Counted from the stretch's first letter, positions 9,018 through 21,650 are shown. The stretch is DNA of 32,816 bases from a virus (IMGVR_UViG_3300036942_000123:1-32816), one strand, 5' to 3'. Numbers and translations are program-made. The notes: a model not told the origin generated them from the sequence alone.

Positions 9018-10499
9018 ATGCGAAAATTTATTAAGAACTATAACAATCCAGAGAAGTTTAATGAAGACTTCATTTACATCAAACGAAATGACGACATTTT
9101 GGAGTATGTCACTCATATTTGTAAAGCTTTAGAAGTCTTAGATGGCATTAAATTTCTTGGAGCTACACTTGACACCGATGAATCTAAAATAAAACCAAGG
9201 GGAAGGAAAAATGAATACTGGGTAGATATCGATGAGAGTAGACTTGATGTTATTCATCTTAAATTTGAGGTGAGTAAAAAAGATCAGAAGGAAGTGATCG
9301 AAAAGAAGCTTCTATTCCCTAAGCTTATTAATGATTTCTATTTTATTATAGGAAACAATAGGTATTATCCTATCCACCAGATAATTGATGCGGCTACTTA
9401 TGTAACTAAAGATGCTGTCAAGTTAAAGACGTTACTGATGCCCTCTTCAGTTAAAAAAGAAGAAATTGTTGTTAAAGATATGGATGAGGAAAAAGAATAT
9501 AACGGATTTATATTTAAAATTAATGTCTTTAGTAAGAAGATTAATGCTTTCCAATATTTCTTTGCAAAGAAAGGTATTCAAGGCACCATTGATTATTTTG
9601 GTCTGTCAGAAAATGGTAGATTCAATATCATTGATGTGGATGATCCTCACAAAGATGATTATAAATACTTTAAGATTAATAATAAAATAAAGATTGAAAT
9701 TCATGAAGATTTAATATGTAAGCTAACCATTAGTTACATTGCAATGATAATTGAATTAACTAATATTAGAACTGGAATGGATGACCTTCAAGATTTACCT
9801 TATTGGACTAAAAAACTTGGAGCGAGGTTCACTAAGAATAATACAGCTCAGGAAGAGAAAGGTGAAGGAATCATAGTATCGTTTGAAAGAGTGTTAGATG
9901 GCAATACTAAAAAATTATTAAGATTACCTGAGAAAGATAAAACTGATATGTATTCTATCATGAGATGGATAGTTAGAAATCATCATATTCTTGCAGAAAG
10001 AGATAATATGCACCTAGCCAATAAGAGACTTAGAGTATATGAATACTTATTCTATCCATTACTGAGATTCTTTAGTAACAAAACATACTGGATAATGAAT
10101 AGAAAGATAGTTAAGTTTAAGAATCTTAAGTCAGTAGTCAATATCTCACCAGGATTCATATTGAGTAGCACTATTAATAATGAACTGCTAAGGTACTCCA
10201 ATACAGTAAATGGCATCGATTTATTCAGTTCAGCTCTCAGATTTAGTAAGAGAGGTAAGCAGAGTTACGGTGAAGGTGGAAGAAACGTTGCGACTAAGTA
10301 TCGTGGAATACATCCAACTTACATTGGTAAAATAGGGCTTAACGCTAGCTCTAACAGTGACCCTGGTATGTCTGGTACGTTCACTCCTTTCCTCGAAACT
10401 GAAGGGTTCTATTTCAATGCCAAAGCAGAAACTCCTACCTTTACTGATAATAAATTAAAGGAGGGAGTGCTTTCTGACGATGGGAAACCGATATACTAA
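9018..10499 (+). CDS. Phage multisubunit RNA polymerase beta subunit, N-terminal half (probably non-virion RNAP)
   Basis: FIIGNNRY resembles beta FIING. YRGIHPTYIGKIGLNASSNSDPGMSG resembles [24 protein letters not shown]. It ends just after this region, like split phage beta subunits. Early-type promoter upstream at 8969-8989. Confidence 0.8.
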   Translation: MRKFIKNYNNPEKFNEDFIYIKRNDDILEYVTHICKALEVLDGIKFLGATLDTDESKIKPRGRKNEYWVDIDESRLDVIHLKFEVSKKDQKEVIEKKLLFPKLINDFYFIIGNNRYYPIHQIIDAATYVTKDAVKLKTLLMPSSVKKEEIVVKDMDEEKEYNGFIFKINVFSKKINAFQYFFAKKGIQGTIDYFGLSENGRFNIIDVDDPHKDDYKYFKINNKIKIEIHEDLICKLTISYIAMIIELTNIRTGMDDLQDLPYWTKKLGARFTKNNTAQEEKGEGIIVSFERVLDGNTKKLLRLPEKDKTDMYSIMRWIVRNHHILAERDNMHLANKRLRVYEYLFYPLLRFFSNKTYWIMNRKIVKFKNLKSVVNISPGFILSSTINNELLRYSNTVNGIDLFSSALRFSKRGKQSYGEGGRNVATKYRGIHPTYIGKIGLNASSNSDPGMSGTFTPFLETEGFYFNAKAETPTFTDNKLKEGVLSDDGKPIY

Positions 10500-10788
10500 G
10501 AATTTAAAGAAAACCATTTATAAGTTTGAAGTTTACAATAATAAAAGCATTTTTGGATTATTTGATATTAAAGTTGACAGACACGTGTTTGAATTATATT
10601 ATAGGATAGATGAGGATCGTTATTGGTTTAAATCAGACGATAAAGAGCATATGACTAAGAATGGAAAAGAAAATTCCATTAAAATTCTCAGAGGTATCAA
10701 GAAAAGGTGCGAACACCACGGTTATAAGGTTAATATATTAGTAAAGAATATAAAGGATAAGAAGAAAAAGAAAGGAATATTTCTTTAG
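10480..10788 (+). CDS. Basic hypothetical protein
   Basis: ORF track; GGAG RBS; overlaps the end of the RNAP gene. Confidence 0.65.
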   Translation: MGNRYTKNLKKTIYKFEVYNNKSIFGLFDIKVDRHVFELYYRIDEDRYWFKSDDKEHMTKNGKENSIKILRGIKKRCEHHGYKVNILVKNIKDKKKKKGIFL

Positions 10789-10805
10789 AAGGAGATGAAT
10801 TAACT

Positions 10806-10940
10806 ATGGTTTCAAAACAATGCCCAGAATGTAAACAAAATAGTTATTCAGCAAGTGAAAAAGGAGAATGGCTATGTCCTAATTGTGGTAAAGATCTTAC
10901 TAATATAAAAACTAAAGAATCTATGAAAAAAGATAAATAA
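10806..10940 (+). CDS. Small zinc-ribbon protein (44 aa), not in ORF track
   Basis: MVSKQCPECKQNSYSASEKGEWLCPNCGKDL...; two CxxC motifs; AAGGAG RBS; hairpin terminator follows at 10947-10976. Confidence 0.85.
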   Translation: MVSKQCPECKQNSYSASEKGEWLCPNCGKDLTNIKTKESMKKDK

Positions 10941-10986
10941 AAATATACCCATAATAGATAAAATTCTATTATGGGTTACTCTTTAA

Positions 10987-11460
10987 TTGGATGTGAGATA
11001 TATGACTAAAAATGAAAAGAAAACTTTATTAGAGTATAAACTAAAAGATGAAACTAATTATAAATATAACGTATATCCTTTATATAATGATACAAAAAAT
11101 CATTCAAATGAATATTTATTGGAATTAATAAAAATAGAAAATAATCAGAAAACTATGTTTGATGCCACTCCATTAACTGATGATATATTAAGAAATCACC
11201 CTGTTACCAATGAAATACTTAACTATCTTAAAAGAAATTTATATCATACTTATGATGAAGGAGAAATATTACGTAGAATAATATTAAATAAAAGGAAGTA
11301 TAAAAATGTTAATATGGATTTAGTTATTAAATATCAAGATTCAATATACTTTCCTTCAATTAGAAAAAGTTTTTTATTTAAATTATTATTAAATAATTAT
11401 AAAGAATTAAATTTTAATAATATTAAAATTATAATAAAAGAAATATTGACTCTAGGATAA
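10987..11460 (+). CDS. Hypothetical protein, tandem paralog A
   Basis: Collinear similarity to 11467..11961 (MTxxEKKTLLEYKLK ... LLLNNYxELxxxNIKxIIKEIL). Likely start ATG 11002. Confidence 0.8.
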   Translation: MDVRYMTKNEKKTLLEYKLKDETNYKYNVYPLYNDTKNHSNEYLLELIKIENNQKTMFDATPLTDDILRNHPVTNEILNYLKRNLYHTYDEGEILRRIILNKRKYKNVNMDLVIKYQDSIYFPSIRKSFLFKLLLNNYKELNFNNIKIIIKEILTLG

Positions 11461-11466
11461 TTTTAA

Positions 11467-11961
11467 ATGGATGTGAGAGATATGACAAACGAAGAAAAGA
11501 AAACCTTATTGGAATATAAATTAAAAAATGGTAGAACTTACAATCAACTATATGATAGCATTGTTTTTCCAGTATATAAATTATATGACTATAGGAAAAC
11601 GTACTCCCCAGATTACCTTTTGGAAGTTATAAAAATAGAGGAAGAAGCCAATGACTTATTTGACGCTTCAACTATAACTAACAGTATATTAAGAAATCAG
11701 AAAATAAATGGTAAGATACTTAATTACATCGATGAGAACGTTATCACAAGTGACTGCGGAGAAATTCTTGGAAGATACTGCCTTGATCAAACTAGATATG
11801 AGAATGTTAAAAATTTAGATTTAATCTTAGACTATCAAGATTCTGTACCTTTCTCATACGCTAAAAAATCCGTTTTATTGAAATTATTATTAAACAATTA
11901 TAATGAATTAAAACTTAGTAATATTAAATTGATAATAAAAGAAATATTGAATTTAAGATGA
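11467..11961 (+). CDS. Hypothetical protein, tandem paralog B
   Basis: Paralog of 10987..11460; likely start ATG 11482. Confidence 0.8.
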   Translation: MDVRDMTNEEKKTLLEYKLKNGRTYNQLYDSIVFPVYKLYDYRKTYSPDYLLEVIKIEEEANDLFDASTITNSILRNQKINGKILNYIDENVITSDCGEILGRYCLDQTRYENVKNLDLILDYQDSVPFSYAKKSVLLKLLLNNYNELKLSNIKLIIKEILNLR

Positions 11962-12005
11962 CTCTAATATATAATTTATATTAGAGTTATTTTTTTTTTA
12001 GAAAT

Positions 12006-12038
12006 AAAAACCCACTACATCTTCGTCAATGTAGTGGG
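12006..12038 (-). terminator. Intrinsic terminator
   Basis: CCCACTACAT/ATGTAGTGGG 10-bp stem with TTTTT on the minus strand. Confidence 0.8.
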
Positions 12039-12114
12039 AAATTAATTAGGAGTGATTATGATTATGACATTAAATCTAAGGGGGAAATAATGTACACAAT
12101 TATTTTATTGTTTT

Positions 12115-12801
12115 TTATTCTAACCACACTTTCTTTCTTCTAGAGTTCTTATTGTAGTTTTCTTCAAATTGCTGTATTAAATCTTCTCTTTCAGATTCCG
12201 CATTGGAATATTTATCTAAATCTAAATCTATTTCCCCGAATGAAGTATTTATTGATTGATATTGAGTACGCATTTGATAAATATCTATTTTCACGTCTAA
12301 CTCTGCTAATTTTAAGAAATGGTCTCTCATACCAGGATGAATTGTCATTAAATGAATGGGGTGAACTGCTTTGATCTCTACCATCATCTCTGGAATGAAG
12401 ACATTCTTTGGGAATATCTCTAACCTGTTCGGTGGAGTGAACCTGAAAGTATCTTTGTTTTCGTATGAAGAAAATAGATCATTTGCAGCAGCCTCAAGTG
12501 CTGGATTTAATGTATATCTCTGTGCTCTACTTCTTTCATATTGATGATTAAATACTTTTAATACACCTAATATTTCTAAGTCAGTGTCTATTTCATACAC
12601 CCCGTTTAATTCAGGGTCATTCACTGTATCTTCTTCACCTAATTTAATTTGAGTTATATAAGGAAAATAAGTAGAATAAGTGTAAAGAGTTCTTTCCCAT
12701 ACTATATCCATTATCTGATCGTCGTCTATCTCTAATTTATGGTAAGCAGTTCCTAGTTTTCTTTTTATATGTCTAAGAACCATGCTTGGATTAAGTTTCA
12801 T
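12115..12801 (-). CDS. Putative neck/head-completion virion protein
   Basis: ORF track, start adjusted to ATG 12801. Late promoter at 12827-12838. N-terminal HIKRKLG...LEIDDDQI loosely recalls T4 gp13-like neck proteins. Confidence 0.5.
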   Translation of the reverse strand: MKLNPSMVLRHIKRKLGTAYHKLEIDDDQIMDIVWERTLYTYSTYFPYITQIKLGEEDTVNDPELNGVYEIDTDLEILGVLKVFNHQYERSRAQRYTLNPALEAAANDLFSSYENKDTFRFTPPNRLEIFPKNVFIPEMMVEIKAVHPIHLMTIHPGMRDHFLKLAELDVKIDIYQMRTQYQSINTSFGEIDLDLDKYSNAESEREDLIQQFEENYNKNSRRKKVWLE

Positions 12802-12885
12802 ATATTGATTGCACCTGCCTTTCAATTATAATATTGTTCTATTTAGTTAACAAATTAATATAGAATGTTATAAGGGCTGATTAAA

Positions 12886-13413
12886 ATGAATAAAAAAGAA
12901 AAGAAAATTTTATTGAAACTAAAATTATCTAAAACTAATAATAACATTTTCTTATTAAATAAGATGAATAATAAATTATTCTATAATGATATTAGTGAAG
13001 ATTTCTTGGATCGAATCGTTCCTTATTTCGAAGAATACCACTGGGCTTGCTTGATATTGAACTACATCCCTAGTAAGAGGTTCATAGAAAAATATCTAAC
13101 TTTCGATAAGGGTAATAGGAAAACTTATGACTTTGGAACTCTATTCATCATACAAGACGTTCCTGATGACTATTACGTCTATTTTCAAGATGATGTTAAT
13201 GATTATAAACTATGGAGTTTTGTGTCGTTCAATAGAAGGATATCTTTTCTAATTAAGTATTGGAGAGAGCTTACTATGGAATCCATTTTTAATATTTTAC
13301 TGTCATTCTTGTATACAGACAATGATGAAGTTGAAACGAAAGTCAATAACGTTAAAGAAAATACCATTCTATATATAACTTCATTATTAGAATTATTGAA
13401 TAATAAAAAATAA
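12886..13413 (+). CDS. Hypothetical protein
   Basis: ORF track; AACA-N6-TA at 12849; N-terminal EKKILLKLKL resembles the paralog pair. Confidence 0.7.
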   Translation: MNKKEKKILLKLKLSKTNNNIFLLNKMNNKLFYNDISEDFLDRIVPYFEEYHWACLILNYIPSKRFIEKYLTFDKGNRKTYDFGTLFIIQDVPDDYYVYFQDDVNDYKLWSFVSFNRRISFLIKYWRELTMESIFNILLSFLYTDNDEVETKVNNVKENTILYITSLLELLNNKK

Positions 13414-13458
13414 CCTTAGTAGATAGTTAAATTACTAAGGTTATTTTTTTTTTTATCT

Positions 13459-14762
13459 TTATAAATTTAAGAGATAGTCATCTAATTCTTGGATGATGTA
13501 CTCTTCTAAAGCGATATTGAATATTTGATTTTTATCTTTAACCCTAATAAATTGACCGTTAGGAGCAACTTGCAACTCGGCATCTTCGCTGATTCTCATC
13601 TGATTTTTCACTTTTTTAATTCTATTACTTTCTTCCTCCAAATAATCTTTAACTTCTGTTTTATTAAAAGGAATTAATAATCCTTCGTTCAGTTGCTTTT
13701 TATATTCTTCATTATTTATATAAGGATCTAATGCATGTTCTTGAATAACTTCTTCCATATAAGAATTCTTATGAGAAGGGTGTACACGTTTTTGTTATTA
13801 TAAATCATTAATTTTATAATACTCTATATTACTATAGAGACCAGACTATATCTTTACATATAATTATATGAATTTCTTATTTCTATTGGATTTCCAATAT
13901 ACTAATAGTCGTTGAACGCTCTTATTATTGTAATATAATAAGAATCGCTGCTTATTGTCCATAATGGAGTTCTAAGCAATTAAAGAAATTTTAATTGAGC
14001 TATAAAGTAACCCAATCGTGACAAAATAGCTTGAGGGGACTTTTAACCTCTACGATTCCAGTGCTTGAGTCCTCTGAAATGTTCCCAGTTCCACGCATAG
14101 AGAAAGCTACTTTACTTCCCTGTCTAATTAAGCCAGCAAATGCTTCTCCTAAAGGAGTCCATGCTGCTTCTACGTAACCTTTTAAATGATTTCCCTCCCA
14201 AAAGTATTCGTTAATAATATGTGAAATTTTCTCATGGTCATAAGATAATTGTCTTCTGATATCTGGTTCACTTGGATGCGTTTTATTAATATAAATTCAT
14301 TAAATTTATAATCTATGCATCTCTACATAGGCTAGACTATATCTTTATCCTAAAATTAGGACATTTTCCTTTTCTACTGAACTTTCAGTATACTATTAGT
14401 CGTTGAATGTTCTTATTATTAAAGGATTATATAATAAGATTCACTGCTAATCATCCTCATCTTAATATGTTAGGAACTTCTAGCAATTAGAAAAAATTCG
14501 ATAAAGTATTTCTACTCTAAAGGGCGTATCCACCAGCTTCTCCATATAAAGTCTTACTCTTTAATCGTTCTTGAATGTAAGGTGTGTTAATTGCTTCTTG
14601 CAGTACATTTTTACTATATCTACGGTTATTTCTATTTACCTCGTTAGCTCCCTGAAGGTTAGCTTTGATGATCAAGGACTTATGATCCGAAGTCACTATC
14701 TCAGGCTTACTAGGTTCAGATTGAGCTTCAGAAATAACGTAACCTATTGTTGTTTCTGACAT
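13459..14762 (-). CDS. Prohead protease (T4 gp21-like), three exons: 14762-14532, 14278-14010, 13786-13459; 275 aa spliced
   Basis: Joined exons give 828 nt in one frame with NRNNRRYS, LYGEAG|HPS, VAFSMRGTG and DWV|VHPSH, matching the gp21-family motifs GELxHP, SSRGxG and DxVxxPS. Confidence 0.9.
13787..14009 (-). ncRNA. Group I intron (IA-like), no ORF, protease intron 2, 223 nt
   Basis: P1 UUGGGU/GCUCAA with U.G at the splice site. P AAUUGCUUAGAA, R GUUCAACGACUA, S AAGAUAUAGUCU, terminal G at 13787. Removal restores the frame. Confidence 0.9.
14279..14531 (-). ncRNA. Group I intron (IA-like), no ORF, protease intron 1, 253 nt
   Basis: Exon ends in U (GGU/GCC P1). P AAUUGCUAGAA, R UUCAACGACUA, S AAGAUAUAGUCU; ends AAAACG. 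Removal joins GEAG to HP. Confidence 0.9.
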
Positions 14763-14796
14763 TTATATCATTCCTTTCTATTATAATCTTTTATTA

Positions 14797-14823
14797 AACA
14801 ATTAAATAATTTATTAAATTGTT
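14797..14823. promoter_or_regulatory. Pair of oppositely oriented late promoter motifs between divergent head genes
   Basis: AACA-ATTAAA-TA at 14797-14808(+) and AACA-ATTTAA-TA at 14812-14823(-). Confidence 0.65.
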
Positions 14824-14846
14824 ATACATAAAGGAGGGATTAGTGA

Positions 14847-15434
14847 ATGTTTCTTAATGAAGATGAATATAAATTAAACGAAGCTCCAGAAGATGAAGAA
14901 ACTGATGATGAAACAACTGACGAAGAGAATTCAGAAGAAGAAATAGATGATACTGAAGATACTATGGATGATGATACTGGAGACGAAGGAAGTATGGATG
15001 ATGAAACAATGGATGGAGAAGAGGACACTGAAGATGATTCTATGACTGATAGCTCATTAAATAGTGCTGAGGAGCAAGGTGTTGAAGACCTAGACGACGA
15101 AGACTTAAAGAAATATAAACTATTCAAGCAGTTTTCTTCATTATTAACTAAAGCTGAAGATTTATATAAAATTATAAATAGCACTAAGATTTCAGACTTC
15201 CAAGATTCTGAAATTAACGTATATAAAGTTTTAAAGCGATCTTTGGATGATAATATTGAAAAAATAAATTTTGTGCTGAAAAACAACTTTCAGACTTTCG
15301 AATACAAAAGATTACTCACTATTTTTCTGTATGTTAAAGTCAGTATAATGAAAACGGCAGAAATGATCGATGAAATCGTGGAAGTCGAAGGCGAAGGGAA
15401 AGATAAGAAAAATAAAAAGAGTAAAGAAAAGTAA
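14847..15434 (+). CDS. Acidic head-associated protein (possible core/scaffold component)
   Basis: Very D/E-rich N-terminus with LNE motifs resembling T4-type protease cleavage sites. Lies between protease and capsid genes. Confidence 0.6.
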   Translation: MFLNEDEYKLNEAPEDEETDDETTDEENSEEEIDDTEDTMDDDTGDEGSMDDETMDGEEDTEDDSMTDSSLNSAEEQGVEDLDDEDLKKYKLFKQFSSLLTKAEDLYKIINSTKISDFQDSEINVYKVLKRSLDDNIEKINFVLKNNFQTFEYKRLLTIFLYVKVSIMKTAEMIDEIVEVEGEGKDKKNKKSKEK

Positions 15435-15630
15435 TATAAATATTATTATTTTTCTATTTAATTTATTGCCAATATTAGTTTCTTTATTAATTAAATATAA
15501 CCTTTATAGGTGGAGTAATGTAATAAGAATTGATATGATTTTAAATAACAAAAAAATAATAAATTAAATTACCTTACTATTATATTATATTAAATTAAAC
15601 TAAATTTTTAAAAGAAAAGGAGAGTAAATA

Positions 15631-17226
15631 ATGATAGAATACAGTGATGTTCAAAAAGATAACAATGTTAATGATGGTTTCACACAAATGCTACGTGAAG
15701 CTTCCGAATATTTCGCAAATAAAAGAATTCAGATGATGGGTGAAGGTTTTAAAGAAATTATTTCAGAACAGTCCTTATTTGATGAGTACGTAAATAAGCT
15801 TACAGAAGGTCTTAATTCTGATGAAGCAGTTCAAACTGCTCAAATTCTAGAAAACGCTAGAACTCAGATTCTTTCTGAAAGTACTGTAGGTGGAATTCAA
15901 CCTGTAGCTTCTATTGCTATGCCTACTGTTAGAAAAATGTGGTCTAGAGTTGCTATGAAGCACGTTTATCCAACAGAAGCTGTTAAGAAGCCTAAGTTCA
16001 CAATTCCATACATGGAACCTTATATTATTGATGAGAATGGTAACAAGAAAGAATTACCTAAATCATTGAGAGAAAATAATGATCTTGCTGAAAAAACAGC
16101 TCTTAACTTAGGTGCTTTATCTGTACCTGTTGAAGATTATGATATTTTAGCTCAAAGTTCTGCAAGTACACTTCTTGGTGACGGTGTAGATCCTGATTTT
16201 CAATTAGCTCAGGTAACTATGCAAGTTACTCTTGAAAGCGATGGAACAACTACTGAAGATATTGTTGCTGAATTAGATAGAGATCTTGATGCAGGTAGCA
16301 CAAGTAACATGTTTGTACCTGTTGAGGTTGAAGATAGTGAAGGAACAGTTCATGAAGATAAATTATTCTTAAATATTGATCTTGCTTCTGGTATGTTAAA
16401 TGCTAATAGTCTTAAAGGACTTATTACTACTATTGAAGTAGAAGGATATCTAGAAAGTACTAATAACTCTAAGCAAGAAAGTGTTAGTTTCGATATCAAG
16501 CGTAAGGATGTTACTATTGGAACAGGTGCTCACATTAACGCTCCGATTCCTGTAGAATTCTTACAAGATACTATGGCACTGTATAATATTGATGGTGCTT
16601 CTACAGTTATTGACTTAATGAGTAAAACTGTTGGTATGAAGCTTGAGCACGAATTAATTGACTTCTTTGATGAGTCATTCCAGAGAACTAAGAGTGCTGG
16701 TAATGCTTATGAAGCTGAATTTGATGTACTTCCTCCTTCTGGATACAGCCACGGACCAAAAGACTGGAGAGAAGAACTGAAGTTAGTTATTGATTATATG
16801 GCTAATAAAATGAAGAGAGATTGGAACTTCTATCAGGGAGAATTCGTTCTGTTTGGTAACCCAATCGATACAGCTCTTATTAATAACGTAAGCTGGACTT
16901 TCAGTAACCTTGAAGGTGAAAGAGGTGGAGTAGACGTAGATTTCAATCTGGGTGCTTATGCTGGTAGTAACAAATATCGCATTGTATCATCTAATGAAAT
17001 TGAACAGGGTAAACTGAGAATGATGTTCATTCCTAAGACTCCTCAGCAAATGACTTATAAGTATTATCCATATACATTTACTGTTGAAAAGGGAACTTAT
17101 AATAACCCTCAGCAAACTCTTGTACCTAACGTAATGATGACTAAGCGTCATACAGTTGAAGAATTGAAGCCTATTTGTGGTACAATTAATATTCTTAACC
17201 ATGACGGAAGTACAAGATCTGCGTAA
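15631..17226 (+). CDS. Major capsid protein precursor
   Basis: 531 aa. N-terminal propeptide-like region ending ILSE|S, then PVASIAMPTVRKMW...PTEAV, resembling T4 gp23-like capsid proteins. Late promoter at 15547, strong terminator after, head-module context. Confidence 0.8.
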   Translation: MIEYSDVQKDNNVNDGFTQMLREASEYFANKRIQMMGEGFKEIISEQSLFDEYVNKLTEGLNSDEAVQTAQILENARTQILSESTVGGIQPVASIAMPTVRKMWSRVAMKHVYPTEAVKKPKFTIPYMEPYIIDENGNKKELPKSLRENNDLAEKTALNLGALSVPVEDYDILAQSSASTLLGDGVDPDFQLAQVTMQVTLESDGTTTEDIVAELDRDLDAGSTSNMFVPVEVEDSEGTVHEDKLFLNIDLASGMLNANSLKGLITTIEVEGYLESTNNSKQESVSFDIKRKDVTIGTGAHINAPIPVEFLQDTMALYNIDGASTVIDLMSKTVGMKLEHELIDFFDESFQRTKSAGNAYEAEFDVLPPSGYSHGPKDWREELKLVIDYMANKMKRDWNFYQGEFVLFGNPIDTALINNVSWTFSNLEGERGGVDVDFNLGAYAGSNKYRIVSSNEIEQGKLRMMFIPKTPQQMTYKYYPYTFTVEKGTYNNPQQTLVPNVMMTKRHTVEELKPICGTINILNHDGSTRSA

Positions 17227-17263
17227 CAACTAATGTTTATAATATAAATTAATATAAATAAAA

Positions 17264-17294
17264 TTTCCCTTTCCGTTAATGCGGAAGGGGAAAT
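17264..17294 (+). terminator. Intrinsic terminator
   Basis: TTTCCCTTTCCG...CGGAAGGGGAAA followed by a T-tract. Confidence 0.8.
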
Positions 17295-17327
17295 TATTTT
17301 TTATAGCATAGAAGGGATGGATAATGA

Positions 17328-18191
17328 ATGTTCGCAAATGAAATATTAAAAGAAGATCTAATCAAGTCTAAGAATATAGATGAAGTTAATGAAGTATTCA
17401 AGAATATTTTAGATGGAAAGAGCGTGGATAAGAATCTAAAGAAACTAGAAAAATTATTAAATAAAGAGTTTAATATAGAAACCCATATAGAAATGTCTCA
17501 TCCAGATAAAGAGAGCCAGGGAGTATATGGCGCTAAAGTATTCCCTTCGAAAGAGGAATTACATGGAATAGCATACAAGATCGAACAGAAAGATGGAAAG
17601 TATAAGTTTAGTAGATTTAAAGATGTCATAATTATATTGGACAGAAAAATATTTGGTAATAGACAAGAAAGATTTATTGATACCACTCCTGAAGAGCTTA
17701 CTGCCGTCCTGTTACATGAAATTGGACATAAAGTATTTCCGTTAGAATTTACTCCTCTCGTATTTATGAAGTGGTTCAGCTCACTTATTATCAATATTGT
17801 AGCTTTGACAGCTATGATAAGTGTGATTGGTATAGCGATTGCTATACTTTTATTCATGTTTAGTGCTAACCTTAATAATGATATCTATTTAGAAGGAGAA
17901 TATAATGCAGATTCTTTATCCGTTAAATATGGTTATGGACCAGATTTATTAAGATTATTTGATAAATTTGGAGATTATTATGAAAAACATCCTAACGATA
18001 GAAAGCCTTTAGAATCTAAACTCACAAAGAATAAAATGGCTAATATGTTAGCATGGTTGAAAGATAATTTAGTTAGAAGGCAAGAAAGAATAGTTGAAGT
18101 ATTAGAAGAAGAGAAGAAAAACGCAACTTCAGATGCTGAAATAGAACTGATTCAGTCTCAGATAGATGAAGTTAAGGAAAGGTTGGGTTAA
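17328..18191 (+). CDS. M48/HtpX-like zinc metallopeptidase with a hydrophobic segment
   Basis: ELTAVLLHEIGH (HExxH), hydrophobic hairpin, EYNAD third-ligand motif followed by YGYG. Confidence 0.8.
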   Translation: MFANEILKEDLIKSKNIDEVNEVFKNILDGKSVDKNLKKLEKLLNKEFNIETHIEMSHPDKESQGVYGAKVFPSKEELHGIAYKIEQKDGKYKFSRFKDVIIILDRKIFGNRQERFIDTTPEELTAVLLHEIGHKVFPLEFTPLVFMKWFSSLIINIVALTAMISVIGIAIAILLFMFSANLNNDIYLEGEYNADSLSVKYGYGPDLLRLFDKFGDYYEKHPNDRKPLESKLTKNKMANMLAWLKDNLVRRQERIVEVLEEEKKNATSDAEIELIQSQIDEVKERLG

Positions 18192-18276
18192 TATGTACGG
18201 AATTATATTTATTTTAGGTATGTGGATATTTTAATTATAATTTCCTTATATAGATAGAAAGGGGGAAATAATTTAT

Positions 18277-20738
<2,462 letters not shown>

Positions 20739-20750
20739 TCACATCATATT

Positions 20751-20783
20751 TGGGATAAGTCTTAGATGACTTATCCTATTTTT
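20751..20783 (+). terminator. Intrinsic terminator
   Basis: GGATAAGTC-ttagat-GACTTATCC followed by a T-tract. Confidence 0.75.
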
Positions 20784-20841
20784 ATTGATTTAAAATTTTT
20801 GTAACAAATAATTAAAATACTTATATAGGGAGGTTATAACT

Positions 20842-21630
20842 TTGGAATTTAACAAGAATGATAGTTTTTTACAGGATTATGAGGTAATCAATCTTTTATC
20901 TACAGATATATTAAAAGATAATATAAGAGAGCAAATCCAAGAGTTGAACGTTAATATAGGAAAACCTATAAATTACTTAAAGATGTTTAATGAGAAGTAC
21001 AATATGCTCAAGAATCAATACATCGAGAATGGGGGTATGCTCCAAAAGTTAGAGGAAAATAAGATAGAAATCTACCAAGAAGTAGTTATCAGCTTGGAGG
21101 AGAAGTTCGATTTCTATCTAGACCTTCAAGTAGGGGAAATGATAAACGAAAATTATTTTTCTATGGTTAATAATATGTATTCTTTTTTTATTATTAACTA
21201 TAAAGAGAAGGTAATCGACTTCTTTATTAATTACATCATCAATAACAAGAAAGAACTGACGGAGATGTTTAGGAAGAAAGTTAATAAAAAAGATCTAACT
21301 GTTTCTTCATTGAGGAAGATATTGGATGAGTATGATGATGTGATAATAGTTAGTAACATCGAAGAGATTGTTAACATTCTAATGGAACAGATGGATGATG
21401 GCAACTTTATATTGGAAACTATTATTAATGGGAAGAAATATGAATATTTAAATTATACAGTTAATAATTTATTCTTCGAAGGTGAGAGACCTATGACTAC
21501 AGTTAATGCTAACTTCACTGAAAATTTCTTTGACCCCATTCAAGATGAAGATGTATTATTTAGTATTAATTCTATAGTCAGCAACAAACTTATCAATTAT
21601 TTTAATAACAAAATAGATGAAGACGAATAA
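20842..21630 (+). CDS. Hypothetical late protein
   Basis: ORF track; TTG start after GGGAGG; late promoter at 20803. Confidence 0.75.
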   Translation: MEFNKNDSFLQDYEVINLLSTDILKDNIREQIQELNVNIGKPINYLKMFNEKYNMLKNQYIENGGMLQKLEENKIEIYQEVVISLEEKFDFYLDLQVGEMINENYFSMVNNMYSFFIINYKEKVIDFFINYIINNKKELTEMFRKKVNKKDLTVSSLRKILDEYDDVIIVSNIEEIVNILMEQMDDGNFILETIINGKKYEYLNYTVNNLFFEGERPMTTVNANFTENFFDPIQDEDVLFSINSIVSNKLINYFNNKIDEDE

Positions 21631-21650
21631 TTTTCTAAGGGGGAAATTTA

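Noticed and set aside
14571-15567. ORFs 14571..14759(+), 14840..15286(-) and 15370..15567(+)
   Set aside because: They overlap better-supported genes. The Ser-rich one is the reverse complement of an acidic tract.
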